From Kondoa subrosea (Eukaryota): a stretch of 64,000 bases of DNA. Under the pieces are notes generated by a model. That model did no database searches, had not been told where the DNA came from, and saw only the letters and a list, made by a program, of their open reading frames with translations. The stretch is taken from the NCBI GenBank assembly GCA_039545335.1, contig BCIN01000010.1:62001-126000 (forward strand), written 5' to 3'. The first letter of the stretch is position 1, and each line of letters begins with the position of its first letter. Of the stretch, positions 1-13,289 are shown one piece after another. The translations under genes and the position numbers were made by a program.

Positions 1-609
1 AATTCCCTATCTCGGTTGCACGAGCTAATATGCTGGTCGTAGAGTAGTTCCTTTCACTGCTACTGGTAAGTTCAATTGCATCTTTGTCATTCTCCATATG
101 CTGAAATTGTATTAGCCAAAATCCGTTCTATACTTCTGCGAACCGAAGGCGATGACTCGACGCCTTTGCACATGCACGTCTTTGTTAATCCGGATCAAAT
201 GGATTTCGATGATTGCGCGAACAAGGAACCGCAAGAGAAGATCGATGTAGTGCTTTCTTCTGAAGTGGTCGAATATCCAGTTAGACCGAGCAAGTTTCCA
301 GCGTGAGTGGTGATGTGCTTCTTCAGCTTCGTGCTGATTTGAAAGTCGTCTCATCCACAGTTGTCATTCCATCACACTCTTCTTCCCTGACAATCGAGGA
401 TCCGATACAACCAAACTCTACTACATAGGGTTCAAAGGTAGTTCTACTCTATACACCAGGGAAGCAGTCAATGTGGTTTACGAGGCACAGGCCAATCCTG
501 CGTGAGTCTCCTGCGTGCGCTCTATAATTACGCGCAATCCTGAGCTTTTATTAGCGATCATCCGAAGATTCAAGGGATGGATGCTGCTCGCTCGAACTTG
601 GGCAACTGA
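1..609 (+). CDS. PITH domain-containing protein (PITHD1-like), 5' end outside window
   Basis: Spliced reading VPFTATAKIRSILLRTEG...MDFDD...VEYPVRPSKFPA|CHSITLFFPDNRGSDTTKLYYIGFKG...VYEAQANPA|DHPKIQG..., matching PITH-family motifs. GT-AG introns; stop TGA 607-609. Confidence 0.85.
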
Positions 610-697
610 GATAAAGAGTAACGGGAATGCAAATGGGAATAATAGCTGTAGATACTGAACTTGCATTCTCTTTTGTCATTGCCTTTCGTTCACAACC

Positions 698-3208
698 ATG
701 TCGAATCCCGAAGAGCAGAATGTCGAGACAGTGTCAGAGCAGACGCAAGTCACTGAACATCAGCAAAGCGAGCCTCAAGCAGAACAGATACCAGCAACAA
801 CAGAGTCTGGGGTTGCAACCGTTAAAGCGTCTGGGAATGAAGAAGGAGCTGCTCCTATAGTTGAAGAAGCTCCTCAGACTTCCTCACCAGTAGCAGAAGA
901 GCCAGAGCCCATCCAAGAACAGGAGCAAGAACAAAAGCAGCCAGAGCCAGTCTCGCCAGCTACGAAAGCACTCGAGCTTGGGCAGGATTTCTTTTCAGTG
1001 TTTGGGTCTGTAGATGTACCGAATGAAGTGAGTGCTAGATCTATCTGAGTATACTGTAATGCTTATATGGTTATACAGGGTTCTGTATGTGATGCATGCG
1101 AATCGCGGGTAGGCAATACTCATCCTCTTATGGCAGCTACCTTTCCCTGGACCTACTTACGAGACGGCCAAGATGGCCCAAACTCTGCTGACAGAGAATC
1201 ACGTCAAATGGCATTGCTTTATGCATGAAACTGGTGGCCTTCACAACCATGTCTCGCATCACATTCTTGCTGCCTATAGCTTAGGTGCACCAATACATAC
1301 TTTACAAGCAGCCTATGAACTTCATTTACCTTCCATGCGACCTCTACAAGCGCCCAAATACAAGATAGACGAATTCAACTTCTCTCACTACTTGGGAGAG
1401 GACGAAGCATACTCGTCATACTTGGCTTTCTTCCACTTGAAAGTTCAGCAATCTTCCTCAGCTGAAGTCATTGAGCAATTCCTCTTCAGCGACAGTATCA
1501 ATCGAATTCTCGTTCGAATGGTTTCCGGTGCTATTCATCCTCTAATTCAAATGGGTTATGGGGTAGAGTTTGGCTTGGACGCACTAGTGTGCGAAGGGTT
1601 GGCTCAAGCTTGCGTACATTCCACAATGGCAAGTCAACTATTCCCATCTACTTGGCCCTTGAACAAAGCAGAACGCTTTCGCTCACCTTCAATCTCTACT
1701 TCTTTTTCTTCTTTCACTCAACGTTTAAGTACAATTACTGGAGGAAACAAGAAGATGAACTTCGCTGCAACTGCTAAATCAATGAATAAGAGTAGACAGA
1801 GAGTTAACAACTTGGGTTTGAGTGGGTTCACCATCTTGGCGCAATGTCTGAAAGATCCGGAGCTGGCTCCTGGTGCTGCTAATAAGATGGACGATTCGTC
1901 AAAGTTTACTTCTGCGTGCGTTTCTTGCGCCAGTGGTATCGGAGCATAAGCTGATTTTGAGAGTAGGTTGGAAAATAAGGGTGATGTGATCAGGAGATGG
2001 ACTGAAGAAGTGAGTCGTTTCCATGTCAAGCAGACGCTAGCTAAGTAGTGTATAGTGGGTCATTGATTCTGACGGAGTCAGTGGTTTACTTTCGTCTCTC
2101 CTGCTTTATCTGATTTTGTTTCAGGGATGGGAAGAAATTGTTGCGCGTACCGAGGAGTTGTTCTGGTCAGTCGCGTCTTATTGAAGTCTTGGATGTTGTC
2201 TGATAATATTACAGGCTGGCCACAGTGATCTTTGCATCTGTATCACGTCCAGGCTATGAAGAAATCAAGCTTGATTTCTTCCTTATGTCAGTCCTAGACT
2301 CAGATTGGCCTGATATTGGCTTACTCTATTCTTCGGATTGACAGGCATGCGTTGACTTCTGTTCTATTCCTTCCTCCGCTACTCGAAGTTCTGAAACCAG
2401 CTTCTCGCATAGCACTGCTACACTCGCACTTCAGAGTGATGGTCGGCTATGTATGTTTAGATTTGATTCAGCAGTAATTATGCTTGCTGATATATGCTGT
2501 TTTGAATACCATAGTGGATATCCCGCGGCAGACCAGCGTTGCACATTAAAGACACTTTAATAGCAGCCTCTTCCACTCCTACGCCTCCCAACACAGCAAC
2601 TTACAATCCAGGAGCATTGGAAAAGAAAGTCATGGAACAGAAACTTTCAGCCGAGGGGAAAGGAAAAGGAAAAGCTACCGAGCAAGACTCCAAAACACCT
2701 ACATTATCTTCTTACCCTTCTAGTACTACGACGAGAATCACTTCTACTAATCCTTGGACAGCTGTTATAGCTAGTGCGGCTGATCATCCGGATGAACATC
2801 TTACGAAGGTTTGTCCCAAGTTTTCGATTTTCGCCAGTGGTGCTCATAATTGCAATTCAGGTCGTAAGAAGCTTAGCGTACGCTGCTTCACTTTTTGGAA
2901 ACACGCCCGGCGGAGTGTGGAAATCTGCTTTACCCGAATCAAACCTACTTGACGGTCAGGTCTTTGTCAAGGTCAGTTCTGAAAGCTCTACTAGCGTATT
3001 ATCGCGCTAAGGCTTCGATCGAATTGACAGGCAGCTGGCTTGGCTGTAAGCTGCAGCCTTGTCACACTTGGTTAATGAAGCTGATCTCGGATGAATATAG
3101 CTGGACAGAATGGGTTGGGCAAGAGAAGACGAGGAGAGAGCGACAGATTGGGATCGTTCAGTTTTGGGCTTTGATAAGGCATGGGAAGGATTACAGAAGA
3201 AGGAGTGA
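698..3208 (+). CDS. Questin oxidase / HypA / AflY-like oxidoreductase (DUF4243 family), multi-exon
   Basis: Motifs GLHNHVSHHILAAYSLGA, GAIHPLIQMGYGVEFG, EGLAQA, LDFFL|MHALTS, YISRG-like (Y|WISRGRP) and DEHLTK|VVRSL. Acidic low-complexity first exon; 6-nt micro-exon at 1079-1084. Confidence 0.8.
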
Positions 3209-3497
3209 AGAAGATTACGTCTGTTGTACACTTTCTTCCCGGGAAAAACGCTTCGTTATATTGAACGGAAGTGCTACTCTGATTCTTCTTTACGTGTATC
3301 TCATGTCACAGCGCAATATCGTACACCTATAGTACGTACCTTGAGAATTGCAATTCTGTAAGTATGCGCGTCATTCCCGATTTCTTGCGTAATTTGCCCT
3401 TTCGCACAAATTGTGGGCATCCGCTTGAACCGACAACGGCGATCCGGTCCATCGTTGCTCTCGAGCACCATTCCACATAGAAGCATACCCATATAAT

Positions 3498-3905
3498 ATG
3501 GCACAAATACAAGAGCAAGCATCGCAAGTCCATATATTACCCAATACGGTCGAAGAGGGAGAACAAGAAGTTCGAGTGGCTCTAGTTCAATATCGTCGTA
3601 CGTTTCCTCAACACCACCTTTAGCTATACTCTTACAGTAGGCTAACTTTCCTATGAGCAGGCGATCTTATCAAATTCACTAAGAATCGATTAAGAGCTTG
3701 GAGAGCTGATTTAGAAGCAGCTGAAAAAGCACAACGATTACAAGTTATCAATCCTAGCAATATTCAATCATATGAACAAGATGAAGAACGGGATAGAAAG
3801 AGGCAGGAGAAGATAAAAGCTTTGGAAATTAAACGGAAGAAGGAACAACAGTTTAAAGCTCATATTCTGGATCGACCTATATGTTCTCCTCCTATCACTG
3901 CGTAG
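3498..3905 (+). CDS. Small hypothetical charged protein (2 exons)
   Basis: MAQIQEQASQ...VQYR, then a GTACGT..CAG intron with GCTAAC branch, then DLIKFTKNRLRAW...CSPPITA*. No family recognised. Confidence 0.45.
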
Positions 3906-4428
3906 AGTCCTCCAGGCTATTCTCTCATATGGGGAAAAGCAAGAGTGGAATGGAAATTACGTGTCAGATCGATCAAGGTTTATATAAGCAAGTAAAGGGG
4001 AAGAAAGTATAGCAGTAGAAGTATCAGTACGTGGAAGCAGTAAGAAAAGAGCTGTGTAAAATAGCACCTTGTTTCATAGGCATAGAGGTTCGGTATTCGT
4101 TTGCATTAGATTCGTTTGATACTGCTGCATTCTTCTCGGTGAAATGACTCTTCACACTCGTAACATACCAAACTGGGAACATATCCGAACACAAGATGGA
4201 CGCAGACAGCAGATAAGTAAGTAGTCGACGATCTAACATGAGATACGGGTATCCGCGAGATAGCTGTCACGAAGGATGCTAGCACATGCAGAGAGAGAGA
4301 ACAAGAGCGAAAGACAAAGCGAGGAGAGTTTGCAAATACAGAGGACGGAATAGAGAACAACGAGTGAAATCAACTCCAAGATGAATGCAAAGGTATACAT
4401 ATGCACAAATGGGAATCCATATATACTT

Positions 4429-5070
4429 TCAGAACGGCAGTTGAGGTCTTCGCTTCTGTTTCGCTCCCACTTTCGTCTGCAGAAAGACTTCAGCTTAGAG
4501 AGATGATGCACTATTGAGATCAATCAAACGCACCTTCTTCCACTCTGCTATCCTATCGCTCATTCTTTCCATCCTCACTTTGATCTCCTGCTCCCTTTCA
4601 ACCTTCTTCACTTCCCATTTATGACCCTTGAATGCTTTAGCCATATTTCTCCCTTTATACGGTCCTCGTTGTATCAAGTAGGCATTCCTCTCTTCCACAC
4701 TCATATCAACCACAGCCGATTCGTTCTCTTCACTTGACTGCTGCTGTTGTTGAGGAGGCCAATGCTGCCATGCCAAACCCATCAACTTATCTTCATGCAA
4801 TTGAGCTTCAATTCTTTTAGATTCCCTCTCTTGCATTTTCTTTTCATAACCTTTTGGAGCTCTAGGTAAACCTTGACCACCATTTGAAGCCAAGTATAAA
4901 CGTTTCCAATTCCTAATCCCAATTCGAGGTCGAATGGAAGATAGTCTGCCTGCTGGTTTCCAAGGTAAGAAGGGAGAAGGAGCATTAGGTGGTAGTTTGG
5001 CTCGGGATGCTAGAAATCGGGATAGGTAGGCTGCATCTAATAGAGCTCGCTTGGAAGTTGAGGCTGACAT
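4429..5070 (-). CDS. MRPL25: Mitochondrial ribosomal protein mL59 (MRPL25-like)
   Basis: SPFLPWK and FKGHKWE motifs and RMERMSDRIAEWKK. An intron leads to a short last exon ending ...RPQLPF*. Confidence 0.75.
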
Positions 5071-5650
5071 TTTTGGTTTGTGGTCAAGCTGAAGGGGTTG
5101 CTCTCAAACAGTTCAAAAGTGCTTCCTGTTTTGTGTGCTATATTTCTCTCGTTTGCTGTCCTCTCGTCTTGCTGCTGTCTGACTGCGCGGTTGCTGCTTG
5201 TCGTGTCACCGTACAATTCTACCTTTTTTTCTTTCCTCATTCCTTCGTCTGGATTATAGTATTATGGATGTACATCCCATTGATGCAAGCGTCTTTCGAG
5301 GCATTAGGTTTGCTTCCTTCTACATGATTTACATGAGAAGGGAAACGGAGCAATGGTAGAATGAAATACTTCTGATACCTTTCGCAATTCAAGAGCTGGT
5401 CTATCAAGTCTCAGAGAGAGGAATGGAGCGGCTAGGCGGAAGGAGAAGGAACATCGAATGTTTAATGAAATGAAATTCTTTTTCGGCAAATGATGTCCTT
5501 GCAACTTTCGATCCTGCTCTCTTTTGGAACCGTCAGTTTCTTCCTGTTTTGTTGCTGTACCTAAATGCGGCAGAACACAAAGATCCAGCCATAAGGCTAA
5601 TTGAAGCTCTACACGCATTGCGTATTGCTAGCGACCTCTATGTTACAGCT

Positions 5651-8600
5651 CTACTTCTTTGCCCTTGCTGCTTTGATCAATGGCTTTAAACTTGTCAATG
5701 GCTCTGCAAGCTTGAAGAAACGATGCTGCCGTGTGCTTGTTCAACAACTGCATTTCAAAGTTCAAGAATAGACTCACATGCAAAAGCTGAGCAGCATCTG
5801 GACGTTGGGCGACATCGACCGAAAGACACACAGCCAAGAAATCTTTGAAGGTTGACGAAAGCTTCTCAGGCTCTTGAATAGTTGGTGTCCCATGCGTAGC
5901 GATCAAGAATAGAGCTCGAAGTGGGTTCTCGTTCTGTGAAAGCAAGTCAGCAGAGTTCTTTCGCATTGTTTGACATGGCGTACGAGATAAGGCGGTTCTC
6001 CTGTACAGCCAAGTTAGTTTAATTTGCATCGGATGACAGGCAAAGCCGACCTTCGACCATTTCGATGCACATGACTGAGCAAATCGTCAGCCTTGCCTCG
6101 AAGAGTGTCATTTAACTTACTGCCAAGCGACCAAATGTCCTGAACACAAGTTTGAGATCCATGTGACAAGTATTGAAGGTATTACTTACAACTTTAGATC
6201 CGTATTCTTTGCGTCCAACCACCTCAGGCGCCATCCTGAATCTAATTTAGATGATGCAAGGCCAAGCACTAATCGACGTACCAGTATGGTGTACCGACCA
6301 TCGTCGTCCGCTTTGATTGAGCGTCATTAATCTGGGCGCAGAAACCAAAATCGGCTGCTCAAACCTATCAGGTGATTTCGACTGGTACGAATCGAGACAT
6401 ACTGAGTTTGATGTCTCCATTCAGACTCAGCAGCACATTGTCAGACTTGATGTCTCGATGTATCACGCCATGTTCATGCAAGTGCAGCAGACCTTCCGCA
6501 ACCTCTTTAGCGACGGCTGAGATTTGCCCTTCAGACATCAGATTCGCGGTAACAACATCGGTTCTGGAAAAGTATCAGATGCACTGCTTCTTTCGGATTG
6601 ACTATAGACTCACAGACTACCGCCTTCCATATACTCCATGACGACCCAAAGATCGGCTTTGACCAAGAAAGAATCAATGAAGTTGACCACATTCTTGTGT
6701 TTTGCTTCTTTCATCACCAAAATTTCGTTGATGATGAGGTCCTGCTCAGGCATTGAGCTGATCTGTCTTGAGTCTGGTACTAGACAGCCTACCTTCTTCG
6801 GCTGATCCTCGAGCTTCATCTGTTTGATAGCTACAGATAAATTGGTTCCTACCTGATAAGCAGTATAGACACCACCAGATGCTCTTTATGAGGTCATTCA
6901 GCTTAAACAATGCAAATACAAATAGTTAAACTCACCCTTGACCAATCTTGACGAGACTGCGATAAAGCTTGGTCGGATCGGCATCAGTGCAAATGAGCTT
7001 CAGTTTCTCGATCACTTCGGCATCTTTCATCTTTGGAACTTTAGCTTTTCTGGTAATCGGTGCGGAAGCTCCAGCTGCAGGTTTGGATGATGATGATGAT
7101 TCGTCATGCTGTGTACGACTCGTCGACGGAACAAGAGCAGCTTTATTGCCTGACGACGAAGCAGACCGACCCAATTCACGTTGGGCTGCAGAGCTACTTG
7201 GTGCACGAGATAGCTTCTCTTTCTGAGGAACAGGCGGCGGGCTTTGAGCGCGGAAGGGAGGTTGAGCAGGCGCTTGAATACGAGGACCGTCAAGCGAGGA
7301 ATTGGTCGGTGCCCAAGCTGGACCATTAGGGTCATAAGAAGGTGATCTTCGTCCGCTTGATGATTGACTAGGAGGAGGAGGTGCAGGTCGAGGTGGTGCC
7401 CAGCGATCTTGCTGCGGCTCTTCTGGTCCACCAAACTTGGCCCAGACTGAGTCATCGGCTGCACCAGGCCTTGACGATTCTTTCTTTGTAGCATCCTATA
7501 AGCCTCCTTATGAGTAAGATGAACAAGCTCGAAGTCGCATTAAATTACCTGATAGAAGGCAACGATATCTACTACAGCTTGTGGATGAGAGGCCTGCTCT
7601 TGAGTTGTAATACCAGAATCCGAAAGCATTTGTTGCCATTGTTTAGGAAGACCCTAAAAGGCAAAGTCAGCCTATAATGCGCCAGGATTGATGTACACGC
7701 ACTGAATATTCGCCCGTATCAGCATTGAAGCCAACATGTGTTAGATGAACAGGGTCATATGGAGTACTGATATCCATCTTCTTTTGAGCGGAAAGAAGAT
7801 CTACCCACTCCTGCGATCAGAATACAATCCGGCACATCAAGTCTCCAAACACACCAGTCATACCTCCCAGTAAAGAACCCCAAACACCTTTGATACTGCT
7901 ATTTCTCGACTCGTTGGTTTTCCTTCTCGTAGTAGAAGGTCTTCGACTTGAACTCCCACTACTACTTCCTTCAGCTTGATCAGGCGCCGGATCGCTTGTC
8001 CTTTCGTTACTCCCATAAGATTGATAAGTAGCCGCACCGCTCGGATTGGGTAAGTAAGATTCTGAAGCTCTTCTACTTGAGTAAGGATGTGCTTGATCTG
8101 ATGAATCCATTGGCATGCCATCATAGGCCGCATAAGAAGCAGCAGCAGCTGTAGCAGGATCATTCAGAAGCGAAAGAGGTTGATTAGGTGAAGGAGGAGG
8201 TAGTTGAGGGGGATAAGCTCGACTGGCGGAAGGTGGTGGAGCGGAAGTTGAACTCTTTCGAATTTTCTTGCTTCCCGATATTGATGAGGAAGAGTAGTTT
8301 TGAGGTGCGTAAGCTGCGTCCAAGCCAGTTGGTGAAGGTACTTCATCCTGAACTAGATCCCAGGCTCCTCCTAAACCAGGCTCTTTCTGTAGAGCCATCA
8401 AGTTCTGAGCAGATGTGCTTGTACCAACACCCCATGTGGCAGGCGAAGGAGGATTGCTGGGACGACGTGTGGTCAATTTGCTGGAAGAAGGCGAAGTTGG
8501 ACTAGAGATGTTTGCAGAGGAGTTACCGGGACTAAAAGGCGGTCGAGATCCAGCAATATAAGAGCTTCGTTGAGGTTTGAGACCACCATTCGATATACTT

Positions 8601-9415
8601 CTGCGTTTGCTTGAATTGGACATTGGCGCGCCGGCCTGGATTTGAGGTAAAACGAAATCTGAATTGCCATTAGTCTGCAGCGAGAAGTAGGAGCTTGACG
8701 AAGCTGGTATTGGACCTGATGGCGGCGGAGGAGGCGCTGGTCTTTGAGGCATCAGATTGCTGCTATAGCCTTGGGAAGGGGAAGTAGTATTAGCCCTAAA
8801 TTGACTAGAAGAAGTTGTTGGCGGTGAATAGTCGGAAGTTGAAGTTACTAAACCATTGGCTTGACGATCAGGACTTGTTGGATTAGAGAAAGAAGTGTAG
8901 GCTGCATTATAATCCCTTTCTTCATGTCTTGGTGGCGATGTGGGTGGACTCCTGACACTGCCATACTGCTTTGATAAACGATTTGTTCGACCAATTGGTT
9001 GAGCGCCTGTTGCGAGGAACAAGCGTGTTGGTGGCATTTGAGGATAAGGTGAGAGATGCATGGTAGAATGTGGGGATCGCAGAACGGGTTCACGAGCAGG
9101 CCGTAGTTGTGTTTCAGATAGAGTGGATCGAAGCGGACGTTGTTGCGGCGGTGATATATAAGTCGTTGGCACGGGGAAAGCATAAGTTGAATTAGGTGTT
9201 GATGCATTGGAGTTGGGAACGTCAATAGAGCAGAATGATTCGTCAGAGTCGTTTCGATGGAAATTTGGCCGAGAAGCAAAGGGGTGTTTCAGAGCGTCGG
9301 GGAAATGCAGTAATGTCAGGCGTTTGTGATTATGTCGAGTTAGATCAGTTGAAGCACGACGTTTGAAGAAGGAATGACGATTTGAATCAGGTGAATTAGG
9401 TACCGAGATTGCCAT
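5651..9415 (-). CDS. STE20: p21-activated kinase Ste20 (CRIB domain + Ser/Thr kinase)
   Basis: CRIB motif [29 protein letters not shown]. Kinase motifs [42 protein letters not shown]-terminal G-beta-binding motif TSLKPLI. No PH domain seen, so Ste20 rather than Cla4. Confidence 0.92.
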
Positions 9416-10114
9416 ATTGAATAGTATTAAGTCGTATTAAGGTGTGAAAGTATTATGTTGACACCAGATTGAAAATATATAAGAAAGATGAGGAGCAAAA
9501 TCAATTAGTTCGTTGTTCGTTGCATAAGGGTAGCATTCTAAAGTGACGAAAGCAAGATCTGCCGCAACAAGACAGGAGCTCGCCGTTTAGTCTATCGCCA
9601 GGCGATGCATTGGTGAAACGTTCTTCGAAGTCTAGCAGACAGGAGGCCAGCTACCAGAGCCATTTGACTGATACAATGACGTATGATGAGTAGAGCAGAT
9701 AGCGGAAGCAGAGATAGCAAGGGAAGAATATGCAACGACACTGACCTGTAAAGCTAGATTGGTGTCGGATGATAGGCTTGCTATTGCTGGAACCAGAGGA
9801 AGTCATCTTTCAGTCAAGCTCTTGCGGTGTCGTCGTCTACCAAGCTTGCATTCCCTTGGATATGCCTTGCAATTAATGCGAACGCAAGCAAATAAGCTTC
9901 GACCGCCCTCTGAGGCAATTCAGACAGGAGTCAATGGTATACGCTGATTCAGAAAATCACAGGCAGGGTATTTCTTTCGTTCAAAGATAGAGTGTTCGTC
10001 ACAAGTCAAGTGTTGAACAAAAAAACACATGCATTCGCGACTTTCACCAACTTGGGATGCAATCATACGCGCCACTAATACAGCAGACCACAGCACTCGA
10101 TCGCCTTCCATTCC

Positions 10115-10761
10115 TCAGCCTTGTCTACTTCCCATGACGATTCTGGGTCGAGGTGAACCAACTGAACTGAAGGTGGGTCTCCTCTTTCTTTTGGGAATCA
10201 ATGCATTAGCGCTCGCTTCCGACACCTCCCATCTCATATCCCCTGACTGTTTCGTCTGAGTATAAACTTCTTTTGGTTTTCTGCTTGCTTTCGAAGGGAA
10301 AGAGAGTAGATTGATTCCTTTGAGTGAATCAACGATTCCAGTACTTGGACGTCGTTTATGACCTTTTCTAGCTAGAGGTAGCATAGTGACGAATGCTTCT
10401 TTCTCACTTTGGAATCTGTGACGTTCGAAGTTAGCACTTGGGTGAAAATATCACAAATGGGAACGAACAGCTTTCCTTCCTCCCATGCTGACTGATCTTC
10501 TACCAAAGGAGGAGAAGAAGCATGACGAGAATGATTTGCGAGACGAAGATGACTGAGATCTTCGCTCATCGGAAGCATACGAATTTCAGGTGTGAAAGGT
10601 AAGTATAGTGATGGAGGATATTGCTCCAGCATGCTGAAGGTAGGCAAAGTAGAGTTTGCATTAGTTGATGTGATTGGTGCGGAGTCGTCTGTCAAAGACG
10701 CGGTAAGATAGGCCTGAGCGGTCTGAAATCTTGAACCTGGTTTTAATCGATTTTGATACAT
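10115..10761 (-). CDS. Hypothetical low-complexity protein (probably two exons)
   Basis: Two adjacent minus-strand ORFs (129 aa and 89 aa) with possible splice sites between them; basic HKRRPS/KRKRRP segments. No domain recognised. Confidence 0.3.
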
Positions 10762-11101
10762 TGTAATGTTTATGAAAAGCAGATAAGAGGTGTGCAGACC
10801 AGGGATACAAGATAAAAGACCTCCAAGGCTATGACTGAGCGGACTGCCATTGGAATTTTTAACCTCGGCTGTGCTAATGCTTCATCTTGTGACTTATGCA
10901 AACAAAAGACAGAAGCACTTGTACAAGAAGGTTTGTCGCGGTGCGATATTGCGATGCTAGCGTTGTCTTCGCTCTTTTGTACGTCCCAAGGTAATTTACT
11001 GTATGATGTATAAAGGAGAGTGGTGATTTGTCTCTGAAGTTGAAACGTCAGCGGAGCAGAAAGAGAGGAACAATAGACCTACATAGTGATAACCTAAGCG
11101 A

Positions 11102-11764
11102 TTAATCGCATCTGCCATCTGAAGGGCCGTCCTTCCAGCGTTCATCAACCTTTGCACAATCGAATTCTTCTTTGCTAAGTCGGCGATTGACTTCATTATG
11201 GATTCGGCACATCCATAGACTGAGAGTATTTCTGTCCTGTACAGCAGGTTCTGGCGGATCGCGCTTGATTTCTTCCTTCAACTCCGAAGCACATGACGAG
11301 CACGGGTAGAGAACAGGCAAGGACCGCAGAAGAGAGAGCATCGAAGACTTCTGGGTCTCGTCAGGATTAGCAGGATAGTAGGCTGCTGTCGTATGCAAAA
11401 AAGTCCAAGTATGTCGACCAAGCTTTTCGACATCTGCCGGACAATCTTTGCGCTTCTCTTCTTCGCTCAACGGCGTCGCTTTCACTTTCGAAGTAGTTGC
11501 TTTGCCCCCAGGACCTCCTTTGAATTGCGCCCATGCCTTGAAGCCAGTACAGACCTGCAATCAATCAGTCAGCACATCGCACATCTTTGTCTAGTCAATT
11601 TACTTTGCATGGCTTGCCGTCTGGCCCTAGCACCATTCCTGGTTCCAATGGAGCGCTTTTGCCTTCCTTGGCCGCTTCCTGCGGCATTGGACTCGTTGAC
11701 TTGGCTTGACCTGCAACGAAATTGTGCCAGTGGATCGAATGCTTTGCTTACCTGATGAGCTCAT
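11102..11764 (-). CDS. ERV1: Mitochondrial FAD-linked sulfhydryl oxidase Erv1/ALR
   Basis: GPDGKPCK|VC shuttle motif, CPADVEKLGRHTWTFLHT, YPCSSCA, WMCRIHNEVN, FDC...RWKDG. The start may be 11764/11803 (with intron 11711-11751) or 11687. Confidence 0.93.
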
Positions 11765-13289
11765 ACTCAGTTCCCTCACGCTTGGACTTGACGAGGATGT
11801 CATCTGGAGAAGGGAGCTTGCGCACCTGTCTTGCACGAATAGTCCGCTCTCACTTCACTTCTCCGCATTATAATCTCGCACTCACATAGGTAATGCAGAG
11901 CGGCTGAATAGCATAGCAAATGAGATCATGTATCGTGATCTGATTTATGATGAAGATCTGGACAACGATCTGTTGCGCAGGAGCATTAGAAGGAATCCCT
12001 CCTTGGGCAAACTGGTGAAGTCATGTCGCCTAATTATGGAACTCCGGGAAGATGTGGAAGATTGCCAAGACTTTACAATGGGACAAGCACTCGACAGAGC
12101 AACGGTTGCAACCAGAGTTTTCGGAACAATTCTTAGGGAACAGCGAGAAGACCTGAGCTCGAAAGTCCGTGTGCTCATGCTGTTCCCCAACTTAAGAACA
12201 TTGGACGTTCATTTGAAGACACCCAAGCTTCATAGCCGATATCGTCTTTCCCCTGAACACTTTCCTTATCTACGTCCCGAGTTGAAAACGTTGCTACACT
12301 TGCCATTCTGTTCTACACTGGAGCAAGTCATCTTCAGTACCGACTTATCATTCCCTTCTATGGATGCTCATCCTCTGGACTGCTATCGCCCGATAGGCGA
12401 CTGGATATTTTCCTTCCCTGCGTTGACCAGCTTAGATTTACGCAATGTACCAGTATCTCTTGGATCCATGGTCAAGTCTCCCTATATCAAAGAGTTCAGG
12501 GTCGAGCATACACTTCAATTTCAACATCAGCGTAATCCACCTCTGATAATTGGACCTGCAAATATCCATACTGTAACTCATTTGACACTTAGATGTAGCA
12601 AAATTGCCGAGGACATCGGCCCTCTCCATAGATATCTGCGATCTTTTCCGGATCAACCACTACAGAAGCTCGAATACCTAAAATTGACAGTCTGGTTTGA
12701 TAATGACAGCGCATCAGACTTGCATAATCTATCCACAATGGTCCCTAATGTCAAGCATCTCACGTTCAAGCTGCGAACATGGAGTCTGATTCTTCTCGAA
12801 GAGACACCCGAAGACGGTCCTATAGCCATTCTGCTAGATCACCTCAATTTACCACATTTGACCCATTTGGTGGTCAAGTGTGACTTCTGGGCAAACAAAG
12901 AAGCACAAGGTTCTCCCATTTCTGCGCTCCTACCACTCTTCGATCCCCGCCGTTACCCGGCGCTTCAACACGCTGTAATCGATTGTCTTCCGAATGAAAA
13001 TTGGCTGCCATCTGCATCTGTAGACCTTTTAGAACGTTATCCCAATCCCCAACGCCAAAATTTAGAAATCAGGAAGGAAAGACCTCATTGGATGCGCCCT
13101 CGGTCAATTCCTTATGGAACCAAAGAGATAGAAGCTATGTGGAAATGGGATGACTTGATATCCGATTCGGTCAGAGCGATTCAAGAAGGTCACTCCTACC
13201 GACGGGCAGGGCTGAAGGTACAGTTCAGGTTTAAATACGAACATCCTGGACGTAAACAATATGTGATCAAAGATGTATGGGGATATTGA
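11739..13289 (+). CDS. F-box / RNI-like LRR protein (paralog A1)
   Basis: Exon 1 MLCLPDELILSSLTL...ELAHLSCTN, intron 11842-11898, then (K)RLNSIANEIMYRDL in frame with the 453-aa ORF. LRR-like repeats FPNLRTLDV, FPALTSLDL, LPHLTHLVV. Confidence 0.75.

Noticed and set aside
4024..4360. Minus-strand ORFs between the small hypothetical gene and MRPL25
   Set aside because: No recognisable motif or coherent exon chain; the CT-rich composition fits UTR or non-coding sequence.
9416..11100. Possible pheromone precursor genes near STE20
   Set aside because: No short ORF with repeated peptides or a terminal CAAX motif was found by eye.
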